64,000 nucleotides of DNA. Source: Ostrea edulis (Eukaryota). The position numbers and the translations under genes are program-made. This document shows, one piece after another, positions 36,821 through 49,249 of the stretch. A model generated the notes under the pieces. It did no database searches, was not told where the DNA came from, and saw only the letters and a list, made by a program, of their open reading frames with translations. The stretch's first letter is position 1. Each line of letters starts with the position of its first letter. The stretch is taken from NCBI RefSeq assembly GCF_947568905.1, contig NC_079170.1, positions 85,064,001-85,128,000 on the forward strand. The letters run 5' to 3'.

Positions 36821-39781
36821 TCTATCTTTTGAGAGTTTCTCTAAACTAAAGTCCAAAATGTATCTTGTTCACAAAGAGCTTGTATATACACAAAAAGAAA
36901 ATAAAAGTTAACAAAACAGGTTGGAAAATTTGAATTCCATGGTGAAAGTGGCGAATCCACTGCACAGGTCCTTTTTGATATGGGATATTACCACGTAGAC
37001 CAATCTCAGAAATCCTATAAAAGATGCAGAATTAAGAGCTGGGTCAACGCTGATCCTTTGCCACCCTAGAGGTGGAATCAAATGCTTCGGAGGAGGAAGC
37101 ATCCCTTCTCGACCAGTTACATCCGCCTTCAACCCCATATTTTGATAAGGTAAAATGTATAATCCATAATAAAGCTAAGTATGTAAATATATATATACTA
37201 ATATTGATATTACTCTACCTGTAGATGCATTTTATACTGCTGTATGAACAATGGGTTGGCATCATATGCCTTTTTTATTTATTTTGTATTTCTTTATCTT
37301 AAAAAAAGCGAAATTGTAAATGAATATTTTTAAAACTTTGTATTTCTGATTTTTTATTGGCATTAGTATTTTAAGGAGCATTTCTAATTGTATAACAGGG
37401 AAGGTGTCGCTATGCGTCTGTCATAATGTATCTTTCTGCACGATGCGTTAAAGCTTCAAATGAAAAAGTGAAAGTACATGTAAGAACAGGGATCAATCTC
37501 ATAATTCCTCAGCACCACTGCCCTTGAACTGGTATCGGTAAAAGAGACATTTTGTGATTGTACGAATATGAGTTATAATCATTACATACGTACTACTCTA
37601 AACAATAAATGTCTAACGTTAATAATTCATATACTAAGCGTACCAGTGCGACACAAATTCCCCGCCCTGTAGTTCATAAAGATGTTTTGATGGCCAAAAT
37701 TCTGCTGAAAGAAGGTAAATTAAAACGAAGCTAAAATTTGCTCTGTAAACATAAAATATACAAGCAAATAATCCAGGTAACATAAATATAGTGGCAAAAA
37801 AGTAAAACAAAAGCGTCGAAGTCAGAGACGTCTGTTGAACAAAATACAGCTGGAGATGTACTTTCTTCAATCTATAAACTGTACAAACGTTATTAAATCA
37901 TTGAATATGGGTCAATTCGAAGTGAAATGTTCACCACAGTTAAACTGGCATTGTTGTTTTAGACCAATTTCCAACTCAGTTTATGATCTATGAATATGGA
38001 TGTACAGCGCATGTGACATAAGTAATATGTAAACTTGTATAGTTAATATGGATGACTATTTTTTTAGTTAGGGATTTAGATTCACTAGTGGTTTTAAGGA
38101 ATTATTCGGGTTATGTTCATGTCACAAGCATTATGAATTCTTATCATAACTACCCCAGTTCCTTTGAAGTTGTTGGCGAATTCAAAGTTTTATAGTGGGA
38201 GTGGGTTTCAGAGACATGAACTTAAACCTCTGACCTAATTCTGTGATCGGGAATTAAATTAGATATCATACACTGCATGATTCATTGTATATTGCCATCA
38301 AATTTACCTTAACTATGCTAGTTTGGAAAATTATATTAGTATATTTGTACTTTAAGCGGAGTTAATATATTAATCGAGAAGTGTCAAGTGATTTCATATC
38401 TCAGGTGAGTTTAAACAACGACTCCTTACCAATATTCTATTATTAACTCTGATTGTACATTATCCCAGTATTCACACCTAGACGATGCATTTGGCATATG
38501 AAAGGTGAAGATAACGAACAGTAATCATTTTCATAGCTCCTACAAGCAATACAAAATAGAATTGGCCAAATACTAACCATATATTTTTACCCATTGCTTA
38601 GTTACAAAACGTCATCAGGAAAAACCAATCATCAATCATATATAGGTTATGCTTGAATGCATAAATTGTGCAACATTTGCAACATTTGGAAATACTTAGG
38701 ATGTTGCTATTTCCACTGTAAAGTTAACCAAGAGTTTTCATATCAGGTACCACTTTGGAGCAGTTCTCATTCAACAATATAAATTCAAAGTTAAACGGAA
38801 TAAGTGGGGCGTATATTTTTTAACATCTGATCTCTTGACAGACATAGTTGTTAAAAACATAAATATAGTACTGGTAATACTGTTTTATTACAATGTATAT
38901 ATGTATTTGTTGTCTGCGTTTTCGTGAAAAGCCCTGGTGCAAATAAAGATACGCTGATATGCATTACTCTGTATTTTTGTCCTCTGTTACCATTCTATCG
39001 TCTCTGGGTGTTTTAGAATACACTAAATCAGACCTGTACACAGTAGCTGTTCACAACACATGATGTGGTGTACTCGAGTACCATTTCATTCAGGAAAACT
39101 ATTTCTTACATCACAACAGATAAATCATTTTTCTAAATTCTTGATAGACTACGATCTGCTCAATGTCTTCCTTAAACAGATATCAGATATTCGGTCACTA
39201 TTGAAGCATATTGTTTTGTTGATTACACCAATGAATTTATTTGAGACTCACCACATGATGAAAATGCACATCGACGAATTATTTAAAGTGTAAAATATAT
39301 ATGCTATTTGGAATGGGTTTTCAGAAAACTAATTTTGGAGATGGAACATAATTTCTTTTTAGGAACTGCCATAAGTGCTTCACTCAATTATTGATAACAT
39401 GTACCAATCCGCTCTACACAGTAGCATGGCTTGTGAGGCATGGTACCTTGTTTTCAGTATCGTACTTAAGTTCAGTTTATTAAATGAATGAATAATTTCA
39501 ATATAAAAAGGCATAATGAGGCATTGTAATGACAAATAATACTCCTGAACAATGATTGGAAAGAGTACATGTCAGAATTATCGAAATGAAATATTGTTTT
39601 AGTCAATGTTTTGATAAATTGACTTTACATTTTTTATTTTTATGATATGGAAATCATATCAAGGGAAAGTGACATATAATATCTATAAAATCCCCTCATT
39701 ACCTCCAAAATTCCAAAACAAGAGTTTAGGCTTAAATTATACTGTAAGGGTTTTTTTCGAGTCGATGTGGCCCCCGCAAAC

Positions 39782-39789
39782 TTATATAA
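39782..39789 (+). promoter_or_regulatory. Candidate TATA box of TIMP-A
   Basis: ttatataa lies ~65 nt upstream of the ATG, similar to the TATA-like tract before TIMP-B. TSS unknown. Confidence 0.35.
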
Positions 39790-39848
39790 CGTAAAGACTG
39801 ACTAGGGTTACATATATTTTCGTTTTCGTTGACTTATCTGTCAACACG

Positions 39849-42800
39849 ATGACTGTTGTCATAATTTTGATGATGTTATGTCTTGGATACCATTATGCGA
39901 ATGCCTGCAAATGTGTTCCACGTCACCCACAAGAACAATTCTGTGATGCAGAGTTTGGTATGTATATTTTGTAGAATTTCAGATCAATTTTCATGCCAAC
40001 TTTTAATTGTCATTTGGAATACATCGAACATCAATCCTTTGAAGATTCGTGCATTCCTTTGAACGTGCAACAAATTCAGTTTATTGTGACTTGCACATTT
40101 AACATTTTTAACGTTCTTTATTTATGGAGAAGATTTCTAATAAGTATAATCAAGAACGTTATACTCATTTAATTATTAGCAATATTTCAGTTCATTTTTT
40201 TCTTGTTTTAAAATGCTGTGAGATACATGATTCTGTATGAATGTTTAATCAATTACTCGAATATCCTGTTTAGCAATGCTTTTTCAGCTGTTAAAGCAAA
40301 ACTTCTTTCTCGAAGAGAAGACCCAGACTGTCCAATCGGAGAAGGCATGATTTATACGATTGAGATACTAGAGGATTTCAAGCCGCAAATGGTACAGTGT
40401 AACATAATGCAGTGTATTGAATAAACGGTATATTTCATAGATTTAGAATCGTTTTCACCAGAAATCATTCTTTTTACCAGAATCCAAAGTATGTAAAAGA
40501 ACAGATACGTGAGGTTTTCACAAGTGAACAATCCTGTGGTATATCATTGGAAATTGGAGAAATCCATTTCATATCAGGTTAGTCGGAAAGGACTCTAGTT
40601 TTATTTTCTAATAACATTCACAATATATCATGACAAATTGTGTTAAAAACCATTACGGAACAAGTAATGTGATATTTGCAAAATGTGTCCTTCATGATAA
40701 AACATGATTTTTAGAGGAGAAAAAAAAGTTTATACATATCTATTTCTAGGAATCAAACGTTTAGTACAAATGTCTCATAGATATTGTTTTGCTTATAGAT
40801 GTAAACAGGTAGACAACCTGATCTTAAAACTATGAACTTTTGTAAACCGTCCACCTGTATCAGATGTACATTTTTGATGTTTTCCCCTGTAGTTTAAAGT
40901 AGCATTCCTCTTGAATGCTTACATCTAGAATTGCAAATGATAAAACAATATCGGCCATGATCAAAGCGATTGTCATTGACATAATTCACCGACGAATGAA
41001 GTGTGAACACAACAATTGCATGTATAGCTTTCCGTGAAGCTTTACACGAAGTTTGGAGACTTCGGCTTGTTTTGAACATAAATAATGAATACTACTCTCA
41101 TTGTGTTGATACTAAGCTTCATCAGTCGGATGATGTTGATGCATGAATAACAAAGGTGAATGAAACATCTACTGGTGTATTAAGACAAAACTGTGAGACC
41201 GTTGCCACAATTATTTCTCCATACAGTTTAGTATGAGCGCGTGGGTTTAGAAGGGGAAACAATCTGCAGACTGAAGTACTCACTAAAGACAGTAGACTTC
41301 AGACAGTTCCTAGGTGAGTAGGTCTATGTTGGAGCGTATCCATATAGGACATTGAAAATATAGAACGAACCTTTGTATTTCGTCCGATATGTCACAGATA
41401 ATCAGTGACGAAATATGAGAATTGATGAAGTACATGTATGTTCATGTTTCCATGAACGTGTCACTAGCCTTGCAGCAGTGTTTATAAGTTTCTGTCACTT
41501 CTGCAATGATACGGAATTAGCAATATAAAGAAGTGTATTTCCATGATCAAGACGGGGTGTAATCATCGATCTAACAATTGTCCTGCACATATCCGCCGTT
41601 ATAAGAAATCCAATTCCTCCGATACTACGAAGATGGAAATAACCAGAGTATGGAGTTGATGATTTTTTTTCATTCTGACGCCACAACCATTGACAATCCG
41701 TAGATGACAGTATTTCATTTTGAATCATTTTAGTACTTTACATTGATATAGCGCCTTATATAATCAACAATATTACCCTAAAGCACTTTAAACGTAACAT
41801 TAACGAAAACAAAGAACAATATATACATAAAAAGGACATGGATTAATATTAAACTGAAGTTAACGGAGTAGGAAAGGATAGACATTCTTTATATTAATCT
41901 ATAAAACAACTTCGGACCATAAAACAGAATTATGAATGATATGCTAGCTTAAAAGATATGTTTCAATTTCATTTTTGAAACCATTAATAAATTTTCGAAT
42001 CTAAGATGAGGAGGAAGGCTTTTTCATAAGGTTGATGAGCACACATCAAGCCATCTTCCTCCATAGAGTTTAGTAATTCATGTAGCGCCTTGAGAGTATA
42101 CAACATAGTTTTATATTTCGTCCGATAAGTACAGTGAACTAGTGAAGCAATATGAGAATTGATGCAGTAAGTTTTTATTTCCGAAAACGTGTAATTAGCC
42201 TAATTGTTTTTTTTATTTCTGCAAACATGCCGAATTAATGCCATAAAGAAGTGTATACTTCCATCATTTAGACAGAATTGCATCAAGTGCTCTCCATGTA
42301 TCCTGTATTATTGGGGATTGCATTCCTCCGATATTACAAAGTTGGATAAAGCATGGTATTTTTCAAGCCAAACTGTCACTGCTTTTTTCGGTGCTTCGGA
42401 TAGAAAAAGTACGTTTGATACAGATATGTAATCTTTGAATCCATCTTTGTCAAGTCATTGACCCTTAATTTACGATCGTACTCTAGCCTTTATGAAAGCC
42501 AATGGCACGTTCGATTCCAATAAAGGTGTGTTGATACTTCAAAAAATAATTGGTAAAACACACACCAAACATTTTCAAGAACTTCCAATGGTACTGTGAT
42601 TAATTTGCAGGACTTAGTTGGCACACCACTGCTAATATCACATACCTCAGACAGCGACACTGGGTCAAAGATGTCCAAAATAATATTATTAAAGTTGATG
42701 TCACCTCGAAGAACATTTTCCATATAAGGGAATACATTTGAAGAACATAAACTATGTCTAGAATTTTTATTCATTAACTATTCACTGAATTTAGAAACAA

Positions 42801-43016
42801 GATCGATTTCATTTTCATGCACAGGAAAAATTGTACATTTGAAAATTCCATAGAATTGTTTGGGAGATTGAAAAGTTGTATCGAGTAGTCACCTAATTCC
42901 TATATTTTGTTGGTGTTATGTTGTGTTTTACAATGTAGCGACTAAAAAGTTTTGCAACCTACATATACCTTTATACATTTCCTTGTGGATAGGAGTCGTG
43001 TTCCTCTCACCATCCG

Positions 43017-43103
<87 letters not shown>

Positions 43104-44592
43104 TTGCATCATCGTTGAGAAAACTTGAAACATTCAGTGTGGAACTGAACTGATATCCTAAAGTTGCACTACTGACAATGCTAGATGAGGAATACTCAAA
43201 AAAATATGTAGTTGTTGGATATTGTCCTAACATCACAACCACTGAGAATGCTACGGAAAGCAACACTGACGAGAGTGTGGAATTTGTTAACTGCAATAAC
43301 AACGTCAAAACCACCGACAATTATTAGAAAAGCAACACCGTCGAGAGTATGGAGTTATTGAATTGATATCCTAACGTCATAACCACTGATTATGCTTAGG
43401 ACACTTTTGCAAGGTATCTTGTTCCGACAAACTTCTCTCCAGAAACCGACGGAATAAAAAGCCGTATAGCAATGGGAAGCAAAGGCGAATAGTGTATAGC
43501 TACATATAAACTTAGACAGACGACGTAAAGTTGTAGTTTAATTTTCTAGGAATTAAACTAGATATTAGAGAACGTGTTAATAATATTTCCCGCTTCATTT
43601 CAGGATTACATTCTATTCTATTAAATCATGTATCATGCATTACCTTATCATCATCAAATAATAGCTTTGCAAATATCACACGGTGTCTTTATCTTTGTCT
43701 TTTTGTCAGTGTATATCCTGATGCTCTCGGCTGATTAATAAAATCAATACATATTGTATATTGTTTTTGGCTATATTTAGCTCTAAAACTTCATAGTTAT
43801 TTCGGATTTCAAACATTTCGGTTGAGCATCACTGAAGAGACATTATTTGTCGAAATGCGCATCTGGTGCATCAAAATTGGTACCGTATAAGTTTTACATT
43901 GTGCTGATACGAGTGGGGTGACACATATAGATCGACGTAATGCGTGTCTACAGTAATCAAATAAAGTATAGCATTATCCATATCAAGAATGATAAGAACA
44001 TTTTCTGTAAATGTAGTTTGGAAATATATAATCTGATTATATCGTATTCATTTACACTTTAGGGACATTAAAGGAAGGCCGCTTCATCACGAACCGGTGT
44101 GAATGGAATTCACAATACGATGCATTGGATTTCTTTCAACGTCATGTACTAGAGAATGGGCTTTACAGATCTGGCTGTGATTGCAAGGTATTAAGCATTG
44201 CTATTCAAATGTTCTTATTCACGGATGAAATATAATTTCTCCGCATGTTTCCAATATTCAATTAAAAAAGAACCAGGAATATCTCATGTTGAAATATATC
44301 CCCCTATTTGAGTACAAAAGAACTAGGTTTGAGAAATGTTCTAAATATTTGATGTTTGTATTCTAAATCTAAAGCAATTACACGACTCCAACGTTAGAAA
44401 TCGCACTGTGGCATTTCTTATATTTGTTCTCTCCTATTCTTCTAGATTCAAGATTGCTCATACACATACTGTCGAGAATCCTTTGAATCTTGTGCCATGC
44501 CTTCAAACAAGATATGTTTTCATAACAAGAATGCTTGCATATACAACCATACGTGGAAAATATGTAAATGGCTCTCATCAAGATGTCAGTAA
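39849..44592 (+). CDS. TIMP: Tissue inhibitor of metalloproteinases-like protein A (193 aa, 5 exons)
   Basis: Exons 39849-39957, 40288-40391, 40481-40577, 44063-44187, 44446-44592 (582 nt, GT-AG, in frame). Signal peptide, then mature CKCVPRHPQEQFCDAEFAVKAK…TSEQSCG…ISG…NRCEW…YRSGCDCK|IQDCSYTYC…, matching the TIMP C-x-C…HPQ…C signature. Confidence 0.9.
41240..42800 (-). mobile_element. Two degraded L2/CR1-like LINE RT fragments (~41240..41720 and ~42040..42800) in TIMP-A intron 3
   Basis: GYFHLRSIG…CRTIVRSMITPRLDHGNTLLY…LQK*QKLINTAARLV matches the L2-type RT C-terminus. The 3' part is present twice. Confidence 0.75.
43019..43102. repeat. (CA)~42 microsatellite
   Basis: Direct reading. Confidence 0.97.
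43763..43897 (+). mobile_element. Hammerhead-bearing repeat, copy 3 (5'-truncated; TIMP-A intron 3)
   Basis: Matches the 3' half of copies 1 and 2. Absent from the paralogous intron copy at ~51960..52070. Confidence 0.8.
43822..43874 (+). ncRNA. Minimal type I hammerhead ribozyme, copy 3 (predicted cleavage after C43863)
   Basis: Identical 53 nt motif; CTGAAGA at 43832..43838, GAAA at 43852..43855. Confidence 0.8.
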
Positions 44593-45599
44593 TAATTGCA
44601 AGTGTATCTCCACGTATGATCACAATCCAGGGTCAAAATGTTGGATCCCCTCCCATTCTTGAGAGAGAGAGCTAGATCTTCACGATGTCTATGCACTCTT
44701 CGAAATACCTTAGCCCATGTGATAGCGTTGAATACATATACATTAAATCAATTTTCAACATATGTTCCTTGTTGATTTTTTAAAACCTGTTTGACGTCAT
44801 TCTATTTTTTGTTTATATCAAGTGTCGATAATCTTTTGATGAGAATATCTTTAAACTGTTTAATAAGGATAGTATGATTGAAACTGACAACTGTCAATAA
44901 CGCCGTGGCATGTGGTTTATGTTTGTAAAGGAAATGTAAACACTCTAAAGGTATTCCACATGTCACTGAAGACTTGTCATTTCAATTTGTAAGACATCGC
45001 AGTTTACCTACGCAGAGTAAAGTGAATCGGACGTTTATATGTCATGAGTCAAAGTTTCCTTAAGATGGATCATTATACCACAATTTCATATAATGGCTCG
45101 TTAAGACACCTCGTATGAAGCATTATGTCACTACTGAAAGGGTCTCAATTATTCTATAGGAATTTCTGGAGGCTTTTCCATAACGATAAAAAGATTACTT
45201 TTGGTAAATAAGAATTTTAAGAGTCCAACTGCCGTTGTGATTAATACATAATGTCAATATTTAATCAATCCTGCATAAAATATTCAGATATACGTACTAA
45301 TTTGTTAATGAACATAGTTATGCAAGTGAAAATGATATTTGTTTCTTGTTTTTAAATTTAGGACTAAAATCATTATAGCAATTGAAAGGAAAGGTCCAAA
45401 ATTCTCCGATATTGCGATTTCTTTTTCAAATTTGAAACAAATGGAATTATTTAAAAACAAAACTAGTAATAAAGACGACTGTGGTAAAAAAACAACTACA
45501 TTTCCTTGATGTAAAATGGTTTATAGATTGAATGAATTCATCAAACTAGTTTATTGATGAAAATTACATAACATTTACATTGATACTATTATGATAATT

Positions 45600-45775
45600 A
45601 ATAAAAAGTGAAGATAACTAACAGTGATCACTCTCATAACTCCTACAAGCAACACAAAATAAATAGTTGGGCAAACACGGATCCCTGGACACACCAGAGT
45701 TGGTATCAGGTGCCTAGGAGGAGTAAGCATCCCCTGTCGACCGGTCTCACATGCCGTGAGCCCTATATCCTGTTC
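45600..45775 (-). mobile_element. Naiad-type 3' tail
   Basis: gtgaagataactaacagtgatc…cccctgtcgaccggtc…ccctatatcctg. Confidence 0.85.
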
Positions 45776-46337
45776 AGGTAAGTGCTTTCAAACCATTTCG
45801 ATCGCGATCAGTACATTTTTTTCTGGTATGGTCCAAATAAAAAACATAAAAATGTTTCTGAAATTTATAGATATTTAATTTCAATACCTTCTTAAGATAA
45901 ATTTGTGTAACATATATTTTATTCTTATGGCATGTTTCTTGAAGAGTTTTGTCGGAATTTTGATACAAACATTTGACGTCAGATCAGGTTCAAATCATGC
46001 AAGCCCCTCTAGTTTATTGTGAACATTGCACTCCTCGAAAACCACATTTTACAATCTGAGGACATAGAGATATTTCAAAGTTTAACGGTTAAATTGAACT
46101 TCAGCTTCATTTCAATTAGAAAAAAAAACTTGCCTTGCAGTTCTTATAGATACTAAGATTCAAAGCGGGTTTTTTTTTATTTGATGATAAAACATGTCTT
46201 TGTATTCCAAGAACACTTGCTGGTTTTCCACTTTTGTCCATTAATGGTACCTGGGAAAATCCTAATAAACTTACCATTTGACTGAACACTAATAGTGTCG
46301 CCCTGCTATTGTTTATAATGATAATAATGAATCTTTT

Positions 46338-46338
46338 T

Positions 46339-46373
<35 letters not shown>
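46338..46373. repeat. (GA)n microsatellite in pseudogene intron 3
   Basis: Direct reading. Confidence 0.95.
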
Positions 46374-46376
<3 letters not shown>

Positions 46377-46486
46377 TGATGTTATGTGATACATAAAGCA
46401 TTTGTAAGCTTTAAACCAGGAATTTAGTTTACCAGATACATTGTATTCTTATCTAATTCGAAGTCTGATTCACACCTAAACGCGCC

Positions 46487-46584
46487 TGTGTAGATTGTAT
46501 GTGGTTTGTGTGTAGATTGTGTGTGGTTTGTGTGTGGTTTATGTGTAGATTGTGTGTGGTTTGTGTGTAGATTGTGTGTGGTTT
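46487..46584. repeat. 22 bp minisatellite (~4.5 units) expanded inside pseudogene exon 3
   Basis: gtgtagattgtgtgtggtttgt repeats; one unit corresponds to the codons for KPHTIYT. Confidence 0.85.
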
Positions 46585-48908
46585 GGAATACCGTTGACTG
46601 TCATCCTAGAACATATACCGGTAAACATATTATATATATTTGATGAACCGCAAATTCATCTGACACATGCAATTACCTTTAAAGTAATACTAGCTCTCAT
46701 GCCCGATGTAGATTTATTGGGGGGGGGGGGGGTGGTGGCAAAAGTGTTATTTACCATTTCAATGACAGAAAGAATAAAGTTTAGAAAGTTTTGCAATTAA
46801 AATTTATGTTAGAAACCTTACCCACTGGTTCTGACTGAAGCATCGTCGCTAGCCACCCTATTGAGTCCCGTAGTACCTACCCTACTTACATGAAAAGCGT
46901 GGCTGTGTGTTCAATAAAACCCTCGAGTATTTATGAATTGACATACTAATTTTCATTTTAATAACATGTTTCGGATATTTTAATGGTTGCACCCACATCT
47001 AAAACGTGCAGTATTTTTTTTACAAGCACTAACGGACCAAAACAGGCCACAAATCCCTGTTTACAGAAGTAAAGTTTATAAGTATCTATTTAATGTAAAT
47101 CGCATTAATAGCAATGATTATGCTTGTAAATTATGTGTTAATATACTTAATCGTGTTCTCAAACTTGATGAAGAAATTCAAGATAAAGTGGGTGTGTTGA
47201 AATCTGAAAGACTAGAGTTGATCGGAGAATTATCTAATGAAAGCAGCGTGGTTACGCATATCATATGGTAAATGTATTACACTGATGAAGTCCACTAAGA
47301 AGCGTCCATTAGTTACAACAGCTAAATCGTGTCCAGTTTGTTCTCCATCGGCAATCCTCGGATTATTCCGCTTCGAGCATGCAATGACCTGCAAATGATG
47401 TTCTTTCCACCAAAACAAATCACAGAAACTCACCGATTGGTTGATTTATGAAATAAACATTCTTGAAGTCGAGGATTGTTTACAGCCACGACATTTGACG
47501 TAGTATAAACGAGGACAATAGGCGTGGCTTGTGACAGTGTGGATTAAGTAAAATTACATTTTTGTTTTCCCTTACAGACCTTGATTTATATAGAATGCTA
47601 AATATTCAATAGAACAAAAATCTTTATTTTGATAAAATCTTAATTTTGATTTTATCAATGATTATGGTTAAAGTTACAAACAAAACTATCCTAATAACAC
47701 ATTTTTTATAACAAGCTGAGATTTTTAGATTGAGAGCTATTATAACTTTAAATTTATCTATCAGTTAAGGTAAGATAATGCTTTATTTCTTTTTGGTGAG
47801 TATTTCAAAACATGGGGAAAACAAAAGTTCTGCAGAGGTTTTGACCGATATACATGCATAGTATTAATACATTTCATCCAAATTTAGTTATAAAACCAGT
47901 TCATGGATATTAAGACACATACACAACCGTTTCAGGTGTGAGTATATTAAAACAACCATCAAATATGCATTGACTAATACATTTGGGTCGGTGAAACATA
48001 ATATCACAGTGTGTACATTAGACAAAGCAAAAGGAAGCACTACAACTAGTTGGTTAATATAGAAAATTTAAATCAAGACATTTAAACCACGGATTACACC
48101 CCATATTCAAACAAAGCAAACACAAATATATCTGATTAAATTCAATATAATTTTTTGTTTCAGTTTAAGAACGTTTTGAACTGATTAAATCAATTATAAA
48201 ATCTCAATGATATATCACATTGATATATGAATTCCATATGCATGTAATGAACAAGTACACTGTAATATACATTTCAGGTGACATTGGGGTTTTCCTCTGT
48301 TATTGATAACAATACATGTTTTTATCATATGTCAGGTAAATTATTTACAACGATACACGCGTAGCAACTTATCTTATCATTACTTATTCGCAACAACGTT
48401 GCTTTCTCTGTTGAATGTTTTTCAACGATAGACTTTCGCTTGAATCACTGGTTGAGAATTGTTTTTTTTAAAAATCAAAAATGTTAGATTTCAAATAAAG
48501 TGAATTACGACTGAAATTGGTTAATATTGTATGATCTTTACCCTGGTTTGTAAAATTCATCACTCCAATCAATATGGAGAATTACATCGGAGTAATAGCA
48601 AGATACTCCTTGATTTTGCATTATGGTTTTAATAATTGCAATAATTACAGGAAGTTTAAAACAACTGAATAATAAAATTTCAGAGGGATGAAATAAAGAA
48701 TGAAAGGTGTTAAAACACTTGAGTGATCATTTTAAATGAAATTGAAGGATACGTACCAAACTCAGTTACATAATTGGGTCTATGGGTGTTGAGGACATGA
48801 AAAGGCTTCCGATTAGGCCAACAACGCAACGAACGCAACAACGAAAATCACCAGGTTTGGCATGGTATAAAGTTCAAAGTAAACACGATATGTATTTCCT
48901 GCATAAAA

Positions 48909-48911
<3 letters not shown>

Positions 48912-48964
<53 letters not shown>
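48912..48964. repeat. (TA)~26 at the position of the TIMP-B TATA-like tract
   Basis: Flanks ccggtttgg(a/g)gag and gttttatg match 57568..57604. Confidence 0.85.
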
Positions 48965-48965
<1 letters not shown>

Positions 48966-49019
48966 TCTCCAAACCGGATGTTGATTTCAGAGAGTAGCTG
49001 CTTTGTACAGTAATAAATG

Positions 49020-49249
49020 ATCTTGCCTCAAGATCATAAACTGAGAGTAACCTTTAGTCAATAGATTTTGATAAGTTATATCGTAAGATTTTTCTAGCAT
49101 AGATGTTTTAAACATCGTTGGTTTATAAAAAGAATTAAATGAAAACATATATTGAACATTTTATTTGTGTATGGAAATTATTTCAAAAGTCAACTGAATT
49201 TTGAATTTATATTTCAATGTATTCTCAGTTTATGATCTTGAGGCAAGAT
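49020..49249. mobile_element. 230 bp MITE-like element with perfect 27 bp terminal inverted repeats
   Basis: atcttgcctcaagatcataaactgaga at 49020..49046 and its reverse complement at 49223..49249. No clear TSD. Confidence 0.75.

Larger units (their letters stand above)
45955..48863 (-). pseudogene. Inverted unprocessed pseudogene of TIMP-B (all five exons recognisable)
   Basis: Exon 1 48757-48863 (MPNLVIF…ALLA*SEAFSCPQHP*TQLCN*); exon 2 part 48392-48447 (VIQAKVYR*KTFNRESNV); exon 3 46433-46605; exon 4 46134-46250 (GTINGQKWKTSKCSWNTKT…); exon 5 from 46055 (IVKCGFRGVQCSQ*TRGACMI*). Introns and promoter are homologous to TIMP-B. Multiple stops and frameshifts. Confidence 0.9.

Noticed and set aside
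42923-43320. HT-repeat and CV-repeat ORFs (also YIYI at 48782, SLSL at 46116, IIII at 32666)
   Set aside because: Microsatellite translation artefacts.
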